The notes under the pieces are model-generated. The model was not told the origin of the DNA, ran no database searches, and was given only the letters and a program-made list of their open reading frames with translations. Position numbers and translations under genes: made by a program. From contig CBDBFU010000026.1 in assembly GCA_965205025.1 (NCBI GenBank), positions 96,001-160,000 of the forward strand: a stretch of DNA of 64,000 bases, written 5' to 3'. This stretch comes from Candidatus Poribacteria bacterium. Lineage in GTDB: Bacteria; Poribacteria; WGA-4E; WGA-3G. Of this stretch, positions 30,318 through 41,262 are shown in pieces (the first letter of the stretch is position 1; the number at the start of each line of letters is the position of its first letter).

Positions 30318-32198
30318 ATGTCATTTCTGAATCCAACTGCATTTTACCTTTTAGGGGCAATCCCAATTGTGATTGCCCTACACTTTTTGAGGTTACGCAG
30401 ACAACGTCACCTTGTACCGAGCATAATGCTATGGCGTACAGGAGTAGAGGATCAGAAGGCAAATGTACCATTTCAACGTTTACGTAACATACTCCTTCCG
30501 ATATTACAAAGCCTTTTTTTGCTAATCATCATTATAAGTGTGGCGCGTCCAGCCATACGGATACCCAGTATAATACAAGGTAAAATTGTCTTCATAATTG
30601 ACAATTCTGCAAGTATGTTGTCAAAGGAAATGGGACAAACACGATTAGATCTAGCAAAAAAGAAAGTATTGAAAATCCTTGATGAAATCACCGCAAGTGG
30701 TGGTGTAATGATAATGACAACCCATTCCACAGAACAGTATATCCAACAACCGTTTACTACCGATCATGAGAAGATAAGAGAGGCAGTCGAAAACATCAAT
30801 CAGACACATGTAGCCGTGAAATCCACAGGTGTATTTGAAAATGCATCCCGTTATTTAGATTCACCACAGGATAGAATCTACTATGTAAGTGATTCTGTTG
30901 AGGACATCCCAGTCACATCAACTACAATTGAAAAAATGACTGTGGGAGAAAAAGCTGATAATATCGGCATAGTTCAGTTCAGTGTGGAGAGAATTGACGA
31001 TCAATATACTATCTTAGCTGTAATACAAAATTGGACAGATACCGATAAAGAAATTGCAACTCAAATTGAGATAGAGGGAGGTAGTGTAATCGCTGAAAAA
31101 CCAGTCTCAATAACTGCAGGCAATCATAAATCCGTTATTTATTCTATAAATGCTGACGGTATGTCTGATACCTCTATATGTTTGAATCTTATTGGCACAG
31201 ATGATGACTTTGAAGTTGATGATTCTGCATGGGCAATTATAAATGAAGTTAAGCCTTTCAACATACTACTAATCAGTAATAGAAATCCGTACTTATTGAA
31301 TGCACTCTTGAGAAATTACGGAAACCATGTAGAACTACAAACCATCTCAGAAGATGAATTTCATGGAACTCTCAATACTGATCTCATCGTATTTGATGGA
31401 AATATATCAATTCAAGATCACCTATTGCAGGGAATGGATACAAAAAATATCATCTATATTAATTCTGAGAGTTTATTATTTCTAAAAGAAAAGGTCGATT
31501 ATGAATCTGTCAGAACTCCTGTAACCATTACCAGTGAAAACAAGACACATCCAATTATGCAGGATATATCTATAGTAGGACTGACAGTAAAAGGATCTAT
31601 AAAACGGGAATTGCCTTTGTGGGGAGAATCCTTAATTGAGTCTAATCAGGCGGGAATGGTATGGATAGGAATAAAAGAAGATAGTAGATATCTGGTTTTT
31701 GAATTTGATGCATTTAATACAGATGTTTCATCTTTTCCACTTAATATTCCTGACGGTCCACTGATGTTCTATAGGTGTCTGGAATGGTTAGAGTCTAACA
31801 GTAGATCAATTAAATCTATTCCATATCGGAAAGGATTGGATGATTCGTTTCGGACTGGTGAACTGATAAAAATTACTTATCCTATTGCTCAAAATACGGA
31901 TTTATACTTGAAGAAACCAGATGGGAACAGTGTTGCCTTAAGTGATACGGTATTCCGTCAAACTGACCAAGTCGGTGTATATACTATATTTGCTGAAGAT
32001 ATCCAACTTGGGAGATTTGCAGTCAATTTACTGGATGAAACGGAATCATCCGTAAAACATTCTAAAACTGAAGATGGATCACAAGAGAGAACAAGTCCGG
32101 AACAATTGCAATCAATAAAGAAAGAGATTTGGCAATGGACAGCATTATTCGCTGTTTGCTTGCTCCTGTTCGAGTGGTTCATTTACCACCGTAGTTAA
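30318..32198 (+). CDS. BatA/VWA domain membrane protein
   Basis: N-terminal BatA (FLNP...IPIVIALH...PSIMLW), MIDAS-like IIDNSASM, C-terminal helix EIWQW...FEWF. Confidence 0.88.
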   Translation: MSFLNPTAFYLLGAIPIVIALHFLRLRRQRHLVPSIMLWRTGVEDQKANVPFQRLRNILLPILQSLFLLIIIISVARPAIRIPSIIQGKIVFIIDNSASMLSKEMGQTRLDLAKKKVLKILDEITASGGVMIMTTHSTEQYIQQPFTTDHEKIREAVENINQTHVAVKSTGVFENASRYLDSPQDRIYYVSDSVEDIPVTSTTIEKMTVGEKADNIGIVQFSVERIDDQYTILAVIQNWTDTDKEIATQIEIEGGSVIAEKPVSITAGNHKSVIYSINADGMSDTSICLNLIGTDDDFEVDDSAWAIINEVKPFNILLISNRNPYLLNALLRNYGNHVELQTISEDEFHGTLNTDLIVFDGNISIQDHLLQGMDTKNIIYINSESLLFLKEKVDYESVRTPVTITSENKTHPIMQDISIVGLTVKGSIKRELPLWGESLIESNQAGMVWIGIKEDSRYLVFEFDAFNTDVSSFPLNIPDGPLMFYRCLEWLESNSRSIKSIPYRKGLDDSFRTGELIKITYPIAQNTDLYLKKPDGNSVALSDTVFRQTDQVGVYTIFAEDIQLGRFAVNLLDETESSVKHSKTEDGSQERTSPEQLQSIKKEIWQWTALFAVCLLLFEWFIYHRS

Positions 32199-32777
32199 AG
32201 CATTGAGAATCTGATTAAGTAATTTCTCTCTTGGCATAGCACCTTCTATTGTTTCAACTATCTTTCCTTTGTAGAATAGAATATAGGTTGGTGTTCCACG
32301 AATATGGTATTCAGCAGTCTTGAGAGGATTTTCATTTATCTCTAATTTTCCTACATGGAATACATCACGATATTCTAAGGCAATTCTTGCAATCGTAGGT
32401 CTCATCAGAAAGCAATAGAAACAATATTTTGATTCAAAATCTACTAAGATTGGCAGATTTACATTCTGTAGCACATTGTCGAATGTTGCATCGGTTAATT
32501 TCAGTGGGAATCCGCTATACTTACCAAAATTTCCTGCTATTAGTGTTAAGTCAAGAATGTTAACACTACCATCTTGATTCACATCAGGATTAGGGAATTG
32601 ATCTGCTGATATATCCTCACCAAATTGTGAAGCTACAAACACTAAATCAAGGATATTGACAATTCCATCCGCATTAACATCGGAATCAAGAAGAGGATCT
32701 CTGATCTCTTCGGCATGGTTTAATGTAATGGTTAAGGTTATAAGTAGTATGTAAATAGACTTCTTAATTAACATCAT
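32145..32777 (-). CDS. Secreted dockerin-like plus thioredoxin fusion
   Basis: Signal peptide; paired DVNADGIVNILDL / DVNQDGSVNILDL; Trx LVDFESKYCFYC...GTPT. Confidence 0.85.
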   Translation of the reverse strand: MMLIKKSIYILLITLTITLNHAEEIRDPLLDSDVNADGIVNILDLVFVASQFGEDISADQFPNPDVNQDGSVNILDLTLIAGNFGKYSGFPLKLTDATFDNVLQNVNLPILVDFESKYCFYCFLMRPTIARIALEYRDVFHVGKLEINENPLKTAEYHIRGTPTYILFYKGKIVETIEGAMPREKLLNQILNALTTVVNEPLEQEQANSE

Positions 32778-34143
32778 TTATACGAGTAATAGATATGGGT
32801 TCTGTATATATTGAGATATAGTTTGTAGGAACTGTGCGGCAGGTGCTCCGTCAACAATACGATGGTCGAATGTTAAACTAAGTGCCATCATACTCCGAAT
32901 GACAATTTCCTCACCCTGGACAATCGGTTTCTTGACAATCCGTCCAACACCAAGAATTCCACATTCAGGAGGATTGATAATGGGAGTAAACGCATCAATA
33001 CCAAAATTACCAAGATTTGTTATGGTAAAAGTACCACCTTGAAGTTCTCCCGGGTGTAAGTTGATTATTTCGTGCTTTCTCTGCCGCAGTCCTGATTTGT
33101 TCTGAGATCGTAGCCAAACCTATATTATCCACATTCCGGATTACTGGTACCACGAGTCCATCCTCTAATGCAACTGCAACTCCGATATTTATATCCTTTA
33201 ACAGCTCGATTTTGTCATCTGTTAATGTCGCATTGAGTCGTGGATGTTTCTGTAACCCACTTGCAGTTATCTTAACAATTAAGTCAGTGTAGGTAAGTTT
33301 AACATCCTGTTCCTGTAAACTTTCGTTGAATTGTTCCCGTAATTCAACAAGTGTTGTAGCATCAACCTCAGTATGTAGTGTGACACTTGCATTCGTTTGA
33401 ACGCTCATTGTCATCCGTTCTGCGATTATCTTACGGATACCACTAAACTCAATAGACTCTAATGGAGTAGGTTCCGTATGAAATACTTGTGCTGGTATTT
33501 CAGTTGTTGCTTGTAGCACATCATCTCTAACAATCCTGCCATCCGGCCCTGATCCATCAATAGATGTTAGATCCAATCCAAATTCTTTTGCCAATCGCCG
33601 TGCAAGAGGAGTAGCTTTTAAGCGTGTCGTTTCAGTAAGTATAGGTCCTCTTGTCTCAATATATCGGTGTATATCACTCTCAAGTATTCTACCACCTGGT
33701 CCCGAAGCCTTTATTTGTGATAAATCTATGCCGAGTTTCTCCGCTAACTGTTTAGCTGCTGGAGAGGCTTTGAAATTATTCGCCGCTTGCGTAGAATCTT
33801 GAGGTATGGTTTTCTGTGTTGTGGGTTCTGATATAGACTCCTCAGGTTCATCTATCTGCTCTTGATCCAGTATAGTGTCAACTTCAACTCGTTCTACCTC
33901 TTCTCCAGGGGCCGCAATAATCGCTAATAACGCATTAACTGGAACATCATTACCCTCTTCTGCGAATAATTGTGCAATGACACCATCACAAGGGGATTCC
34001 TGTTCATGTACAACTTTATCTGTTTCGATTTCCAGTATAGGTTGTCCTTCGGTTATGGCATCGCCTTCCTTAACAAGCCATTTCCCGATCTTACCCTTTG
34101 TCATTGTCTGATCCATCTGGAGCATTCTTAGTTCAACAGCCAT
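32778..34143 (-). CDS. 2-oxoacid dehydrogenase E2 (dihydrolipoamide acyltransferase); apparent +1 frameshift at 33049-33054
   Basis: Lipoyl ETDKV and two subunit-binding domains; after removing one base it continues ELQGGTFTITNLG...PIINPP...TFDHRIVDGA to the stop at 32778. Confidence 0.92.
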
Positions 34144-34220
34144 CAAATATCTCCTATCTTCAACGAATTCTTTGGACTGTAGTATAGTGTCTTATACTAT
34201 GGGGTTTATAGTAAAATTTA

Positions 34221-34526
34221 TCAATCTGTAGATTGTTCAATAAGCTCAATGAGTAATTCTACGTTTTCATCTTTCTCAAGAATGAGTGCGACTTTCTGAT
34301 ATTGTTCTCCCTTGAAAAACGCTTGTATAAAAGGACTAAAAGCGATCAACAATTGAGATCCCAAAAAGTTCAGAGGCTTCCCTGTTTCTAAAAACAGAAT
34401 TGCAGGTGTAGTCAGATTCTTGCTCACAACCCATTGTGCCAATTTTTCAAGTAAGGCACGCTGTTCATCTTCAGGAATATCGTCAATAACTGTAGGTATG
34501 TCTGAATTTTGATTATACATGTCCAA
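34221..34526 (-). CDS. Small hypothetical protein
   Basis: 101-aa ORF with protein-like composition (LTTPAILFLETGKPLNFLGSQLL). Confidence 0.7.
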   Translation of the reverse strand: MDMYNQNSDIPTVIDDIPEDEQRALLEKLAQWVVSKNLTTPAILFLETGKPLNFLGSQLLIAFSPFIQAFFKGEQYQKVALILEKDENVELLIELIEQSTD

Positions 34527-34669
34527 TTAGCCAAGTTATCAATTGTTTTTTACCATAATTCTTTAGAGAATTTGAATTAAGTTAGCAGGATATCGGTTCT
34601 CAAATAATCATATCTATAAGAATATAACTATTTAGTAAGCAGGGAAACAAACTTCAATAATTGTTGAGA

Positions 34670-35709
34670 TCAAAGATCTAAATCACTTAGGTATTCAGCA
34701 ATATGTTTTGGTTGTCCGTCAACTGTAGTTTCCATTGCAGCAATTACAAGAACAAAACTCTTGATGTTATCTTCTATTCGCGTATCAGACGGTTTTCCAC
34801 CTTCTAACCAGTTAAGAAACTCATCAAAAAGATGCTGGTGAGCATAGTATGGAATCCCAGGAGCTTCATATACCTCTTTTTCACCACCTACACGATGAAT
34901 CGTTATCTGGTTTCCTCCCGCAATTTCGACAGTTCCTTCTTCAAATTCAACACGGTAGTGTTCACCATTCCAACAATTGGTTATACCTGCGGCAGTACTA
35001 TTACCTTCATAAGATGCATGTACACCATTATCCATACGCATCAAATAATAACCACTTGAGAAATGTTTAAAACTTGACCATTCAGGATTCCATCCAAAGC
35101 CTACAAAGTTTCACAATTTCCACCTGAGAGAAACCTAAGCATATCAAGATGATGTACCGACGCCTCAAATAAAAGGCTAAAATCCATATCATGCCGCCAA
35201 TCAACACCCCAAGATAGATAACGTCGATAATCACAGGCATATCTACCAACAATGTGTTGAATTCGTCCCAATTTACCTTCTTCACGGATACGGACTAATT
35301 CCTGCTTATTGTTTGCATATCGATAGTTTTGGATAATAGCACATGGTAATCCTGTCTTCTGAGATGTACGAACCATTGCTTTTGCTGCATCTAAGGTATC
35401 TGCAATCGGTTTTTCACAGATTACAGGCATGCCATTTTCCATGGCTGCAATTGCAGCAGGACTGTGAAATGGAGGAGGTGTTGCAACCCCACAGAAATCT
35501 GCTTTGACTGAAGCACATGCTTCGTTAAAATCCGTGAAGAGTTGAGAGGAATTTAGACCTAATGCTTCACCTTGTGATTTTAGAACATTCTCCTTAACAT
35601 CTGCTAAACCAACGATATCTATCCGGTCACCGAAGTTTGATCTGAAGTTATTTATCCAACCCCCAGCCATTCCACTTCCACCAATCATTAGACATGTGTG
35701 TTTTGCCAT
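34670..35709 (-). CDS. Gfo/Idh/MocA oxidoreductase; apparent -1 frameshift near 35105-35107
   Basis: IGGSGMAG, ATPPPFH, ICEKP, QNYRY, SVHHLD; adding one T joins ...CETF-VGFGWNPEW... to ORF 34670..35044. Confidence 0.88.
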
Positions 35710-35757
35710 AAAAACTCCTTTAAATAGAATCAGGACGTCAATTTCTTTTAATCTCAA

Positions 35758-36273
35758 TTATGTTGATAGACTATCCTGCATTATTTTACTTCGTACTACG
35801 TAGTCATCTTTACCATGTCGTACACGTTCCAGTTCTTCTTCTGTAACCTCTCGTCGTACTTTCGCAGGAACTCCCATTGCAATCGTACCAGCAGGTATAT
35901 CTTGACCTTCTCTGACGAGCGTTCCAGCTGCAACAATAGCGTGTTCCCCAATTGTACAACCAGTTAGGAGAATCGCACCCATTCCTATTAACGCTTCATT
36001 GCCAATGCTACAACTATGGAGGATCGCACTATGTCCAATTGTAACATCATCACCTATGAGGCAAGGTATCTCTTTATCCATATGTATCACAGTTCCATCC
36101 TGTATATTGGTCCGACAGCCAATCAGTATCGGTTCTAAATCACCACGCAAAACGGTGTTAAACCAGACACTTGAATCTTCACCAATTACAACATTTCCAA
36201 TTATCATTGATCCAGGTGCGACGAATACTGTTGAGTGAATATCAGGTGTTATACCTTCATATTTTATTAACAT
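35758..36273 (-). CDS. Gamma-carbonic anhydrase-like protein (YrdA/PaaY family)
   Basis: Hexapeptide repeats, LRGD, NIQDG..IH, TIGH..LH. Confidence 0.92.
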   Translation of the reverse strand: MLIKYEGITPDIHSTVFVAPGSMIIGNVVIGEDSSVWFNTVLRGDLEPILIGCRTNIQDGTVIHMDKEIPCLIGDDVTIGHSAILHSCSIGNEALIGMGAILLTGCTIGEHAIVAAGTLVREGQDIPAGTIAMGVPAKVRREVTEEELERVRHGKDDYVVRSKIMQDSLST

Positions 36274-36312
36274 AATTTCTATTCCAATTATTTCACAAGA
36301 TATTTATTATAA

Positions 36313-37946
36313 CTAATGTTGGGCAACTAATAACTTACGTATATTACCTAAACCATAAATATATGATATGACGAACACTATAAGAAGTATGAATATCATA
36401 AGAATAAATATCAAAACATTATTTGTATACCATGCTATTACAGGTATGATGACAAATGCAACATCAATTAATAGAGTGACGGAAAAAGATAATACTCTTA
36501 GAAAAGGTTTAGGTTGATTGTTTAATTCAGCATCCAAGGGAGTGTACCGATCATCGTGTTCATCACACAACCCACAGGTAAGGTAATAATAGGTGTGAGT
36601 AGTATGAATAACCGATTATGTGTTGGAATATTGAGTAGAAAAATAGCTATCAATGACCAGAATTCGGCATATATTATTGAACAGAGAAGAGCAGTAAGGA
36701 ATTTACTTGTGAATATCAATTTTGGTGATATCGGAGCTGTTTTCAACATCCACCATGTCTTGATCTCATCACGTAGGCCATTACAGCTAATCCCGAAGGT
36801 AATAAGTAAACTATACAGAACTATCTGGACTGTTAGTATCTCAGATGCATTTGATTCTGATACATTCCCTTGATACCATAAAACAAGGATATGCACAACA
36901 AGGAATAGGGTCAACATGATTATTGCGATTAACCTACCCGTATGTCTCATATAGATTAGAAAATCCTTCAACATCATGGATTGGATTTTTCCGCGGAAGA
37001 TAGCAACTACAACACCATTTAGGTTAGCAGAAGATGTCGTGTTGGTACGAGCAGCCCTGCGTTTAGATTTCAATTGACGGACATTTTCCCATCCGCGTTT
37101 GTATATCAATTGGGCGGTTAACATAGCAATTCCGATAGAGAGAATAGTAAAACCGTACACTGCTATACCCCAACTGATACGTTCCCATGTTGATGATTCA
37201 GTATTTAAACTTACCAGTATTTGCCCTATCCATTCATGTGGAGATCTGACAGCAGTCGTTTCTCCCGTTTTTACTGCTGCCCAATTAAGTAAATATTTCT
37301 TTATAGGTACAACCTCAGATCCTAAAAATAATGAAAATGATAGTAAGAATCCTACAGACACACTTAAAGCAGTACCAGCGATTTTTATAATAGATAGAAG
37401 TCTGGTGGAAGCAAAAAAACGAGCAATTATCATCATACTGATTGTTACATAACTCCCTATCATGATAAGCAAGGAGATGGCTATAGGAAGGAGAGTAAGA
37501 TAAAAATGCCAAGGTAATTTGTATATGACACCAAATACTACCCACGGTGGACTTAAGAAACAAAGAATACTTAAGAAACGTGTCGTCGTTATATGAACGA
37601 ACTTATAGCCGAAAATAGATACTGGTTGAATTGGTGCTGCATGTAGGATAGTTGTATCAGGTGCTTCAAAGAGAATTCTCAACGAACTTTCCATTAATTC
37701 CTTCGCAACAATAAGCACTCCAAATAATAAAAAACCATTAATCACATTCAATAGAAGTTTAGAAGGGGCATCGAAGGATCGTAGATGTGAGAAAAGAGAA
37801 TAACCTAAGAATGATAAAGCAAGGACAATTATTATATAGCCAAATAACTTTAGAAGACTTTTACGCCAAGCTTGTTTGTTATATTTAAAGTTATTCAACC
37901 ATCCATTACAATCCGCCTGTATGAGGATTCTAATGTCTTTTACCAT
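36313..37946 (-). CDS. Putative ABC-2 type permease; apparent -1 frameshift near 36531
   Basis: Polytopic, downstream of the ABC ATPase, with E...WWMLKTAPIS...FTSKF motif; one extra G joins ..LPWM-AELNNQPKP.. (ORF 36313..36570). Confidence 0.8.
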
Positions 37947-38034
37947 TTGGATACCTAATTCTAATCTAAATAATTGTGTTAAACTAAAAATGATATGATA
38001 TACAAGGATTGGGTTGAAATATGATGTATTACCA

Positions 38035-38793
38035 CTACATATCAGAGGTGAGGTCAAGAAAGATATCCTCTAATGTTTCTACGTGATGCTCGTTTGGAAT
38101 TACAGATTGTGATAGCATTTCACGCTTCTGTTTTTGCAGTTCAGATAAAGTACCAACAGCAATTAACTGTCCTTTAGTGATAATTCCTACTCGGTCACAA
38201 ATACGTTCAGCAATTTCGAGGATATGTGTTGTCATAAAGACAGTACAACCTTGTTCACATCGTTGACGCATGATTTCCCTGACAGTTCGTGCACTTCTTG
38301 GATCAAGTCCACTTGTTGGTTCATCAAGGAATAGAATTTGGGGATGATGAATCAGCACGGAAATGAGAAGGATCTTTTTCTGCATTCCATAGGAATATCC
38401 TTTAATTTGATCATCTGCCGCATCAGCCAATTCGAGCTGTTCAAGTAAAGTACCCATTTCATTTTCTGCTTGACGTGGTGGTACTTCATACAGATCCCCG
38501 ATCATCCGTACGAATTGTCTACCCGTTAATGCCTCATAGAGTTGTGGTGTATCGGGCATTAGTCCGATTATTGCTTTTGCTTGTAAGCTTTGTTTTTGGA
38601 TATCGTACCCAGCGAGGGTTGCTGTGCCAGAGGTAGGTCGGATTAATCCAGTTAGCATATTGATTGTGGTTGTTTTGCCTGCCCCATTTGGTCCAAGAAA
38701 ACCAAAAATCTCACCAGAATCAATTTGGAGTTTTAGTGAATCAACAGCACATAATTTACCGAAATTCTTCGTCAAATTAAAGGTTTCAATCAT
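38035..38793 (-). CDS. ABC transporter ATP-binding protein
   Basis: GPNGAGKTT, YSYGMQKK, LFLDEPTSGLDP, TTH. Confidence 0.95.
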   Translation of the reverse strand: MIETFNLTKNFGKLCAVDSLKLQIDSGEIFGFLGPNGAGKTTTINMLTGLIRPTSGTATLAGYDIQKQSLQAKAIIGLMPDTPQLYEALTGRQFVRMIGDLYEVPPRQAENEMGTLLEQLELADAADDQIKGYSYGMQKKILLISVLIHHPQILFLDEPTSGLDPRSARTVREIMRQRCEQGCTVFMTTHILEIAERICDRVGIITKGQLIAVGTLSELQKQKREMLSQSVIPNEHHVETLEDIFLDLTSDM

Positions 38794-39437
38794 TTTGACC
38801 ACTGCCAAGAATATCGCGCTTGAGTTCATCAAGTGCATCATCAATGTTTAAAACCTCTTCGTTGTCTTTCGTCTTATTGATGTACTTCCTGTTCTTCTGT
38901 TTTAACATTTTTGCCTTTGCTTCAGTCTCTTTTAGTTCATTTTCGGCTTGTTGAAAAAGCGATTTTATGGTCTGGCAAACTAAATTCTGATAACCTCCTA
39001 TAGAACTCAACTTGTGTTTCTGCTTGTTTTTGACGTATTGATAGCTTTTTCGCTTGTTTCAATGCATTCTGATATGCTTGATAGAAATTAAAGAGATCAG
39101 ATTTTAATTCAGCAACCACTCTTTCTTGCTCCCCAATTTGCCGGTCTAATTCATTAATTTTCCGTAGATATTCTTTTTTCCATCCAGAGTTTGTGTCAAC
39201 TTCATCCTGACTTATGTTCCCACCTGATATCTGACCTATTTTGAGAAGTTCTCTATATTCATACTTAAGTTTTTTCTCCTCTGCTATTGCTGTGGCAACA
39301 AGATCTATTGCTTCTGGTATCCGATTTTTCATATCAGAAAGAGTTTTATCAATCTCAGTCTCGTTATCCTCTAAATCCTCAAAGAATTGGTCAATACCTT
39401 CTCGAATTTTTTCAGATATCTGTTTAATCTTATTCAT
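38786..39437 (-). CDS. PspA/IM30-family coiled-coil protein; apparent +1 frameshift at A-run 38954-38958
   Basis: LED.ET...LSDMK...VATAIAEEKKL pattern; removing one base gives ..IAFQQAENELKETEAKA...IDDALDELK. Confidence 0.7.
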
Positions 39438-39615
39438 AATATTCCTCCGATTTTAATATCATCACCTCGTAATTCCAAATGGTGACTTTGAACTAATAGT
39501 TCCATACGGATATAAGTGCATAAATAGTGCTTCTTCCTAATAAATAGAGACATTTTGCTTATAAAAAGATAGAGAATAATGTTGCTATCTTAATATCAAA
39601 ATTAGATGTATAGAA

Positions 39616-40479
39616 CTATAACTTTTTGTAATCTGCATTTACAAGTTCAACACCAAAAATTGCTAATCTTGCCATAATGCTATGGATTGCAGTAAGGTTA
39701 CTATCAATTAAGATTGAGGAACAATTATGTTGTGCAGCCGCTTCTCCTAAGGTGCCGCTCCCTGCAAAGAAATCCAAAAGTAAATCACCGGGTGATGAAT
39801 GTATTTTCACGATTCGATTTAGAATCCCAAGAGGTTTTTGCGTAGGATAACCCGTTTTTTCTTCACCGTTTGTACTCACAATTGTATGCCACCATACATC
39901 GGTCGGGGTCTTTCCACGAGCAGCTTTCTCTTTACCTACCAACCCTGGTGCCATATAAGGTATCCTATCCATCTCATCAAAATTGAATGTATATTGTTTT
40001 GGATTTTTGGTATACCATAGAATGTTATCATGTTTAGCTGGCCACCGAGATTTAGATCTTCCTCCGTAGTCGTAAGCCCATATAATTTCGTTTATAAAAC
40101 AGTCTCGACCAAATATCTCGTCAAGAATTATCTTACAATAATGTACTTCTCGGTAATCAATATGTAGAAAAAAACTACCTTGCGGATGCAGGACACGATA
40201 TGCTTCTTCAAGGCGTGGACGTAAAAACTGTAGATATACATCCGAGTTTGCAAATTTATCTGAGTAGTGTCGGGTCTTTCCAATGTGAGTTTTATATGTC
40301 TTACCTTGAAATCCTACTCGATCCCCTTCGTCATCTTGCTCGACTTGCATTTCAGTTCGAAATTGGTATTTTCCTGTATTAAACGGTGGGTCAATATAAA
40401 TGAGATTGATACTATCATCAGGAACATACTGCTTAAGAACAGATAGGTTATCCCCATAATAGAGATAGTGTTTAGGCAT
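39616..40479 (-). CDS. Orphan beta-class N6A/N4C DNA methyltransferase
   Basis: YIDPPFNTG (motif IV) precedes YPTQKP and DFFAGSGT (motif I); no nuclease adjacent. Confidence 0.92.
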   Translation of the reverse strand: MPKHYLYYGDNLSVLKQYVPDDSINLIYIDPPFNTGKYQFRTEMQVEQDDEGDRVGFQGKTYKTHIGKTRHYSDKFANSDVYLQFLRPRLEEAYRVLHPQGSFFLHIDYREVHYCKIILDEIFGRDCFINEIIWAYDYGGRSKSRWPAKHDNILWYTKNPKQYTFNFDEMDRIPYMAPGLVGKEKAARGKTPTDVWWHTIVSTNGEEKTGYPTQKPLGILNRIVKIHSSPGDLLLDFFAGSGTLGEAAAQHNCSSILIDSNLTAIHSIMARLAIFGVELVNADYKKL

Positions 40480-40682
40480 AGGGATTTATATTCACTTTAA
40501 TATTAGTATTTGTGGATTGGTATATACTACTATTTAATGGTAAAATTGTAGCAGAATATGTACAATTTAGCAACCTGATTGTATTGAGCATTATCAAAAT
40601 ACTATCGTGAAAAACACACATTCACTTCAAATTGGTATCTATTTTTATCTTACCTTCATTATGAAATGAGGTTATATTATTC

Positions 40683-40711
40683 TTGACGGTATGTAGAGTT
40701 TTATGTAAAAT
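40683..40711 (+). promoter_or_regulatory. Sigma70 promoter for the ruvX-mltG-lpx operon
   Basis: TTGACG-N17-TAAAAT. Confidence 0.55.
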
Positions 40712-40756
40712 TACGGTTATCTGTTAATCTGATTTTGTGCCTGAAATGCCAAAGGA

Positions 40757-41197
40757 GTGACAATGTCTGTTTTATTAGGATTAGATGTTGGTGACGTGAG
40801 GATTGGTGTCGCCATTAGCGATATCCTTGGTAGTGGTGCTCATCCTCTTTGCACACTAACGCGAACTAATCGACAGAGAGATATGACTGCAATAGGTGAT
40901 CTCGTTTCTATCCACAATGTAGAACGGATTATCATCGGATTACCAGTTTCACTTGATGGAACTCTGGGGACACAAGCCGAAAAAGTCCAACAATTTGGCA
41001 ATCGTCTTTCACAAACACTTGGCATAACTGTAGAATACTTTGACGAAAGGTTTACAACAACAGAAGCAGAAGAGATTTTAGATAAAGTAGAAATAGATTC
41101 TAAAAACAGAAAAAATATAATTGATCAAGTTTCAGCTGTAATTATTTTAGATGAATATATGCAAGGTAATACTGCAGATAGTATAGATGAAGAATAA
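40757..41197 (+). CDS. ruvX: Holliday junction resolvase-like protein RuvX/YqgF
   Basis: LGLDVGDVRIGVAISD, IGLP, DERFTT, ID..SA..IL. Confidence 0.95.
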   Translation: MTMSVLLGLDVGDVRIGVAISDILGSGAHPLCTLTRTNRQRDMTAIGDLVSIHNVERIIIGLPVSLDGTLGTQAEKVQQFGNRLSQTLGITVEYFDERFTTTEAEEILDKVEIDSKNRKNIIDQVSAVIILDEYMQGNTADSIDEE

Positions 41198-41262
41198 TAT
41201 GTATCAATAGTCCGCTGTTTTTGGCGATCCTACTTAGAGCAGCGTTGAATTGGGGGTCGTCC

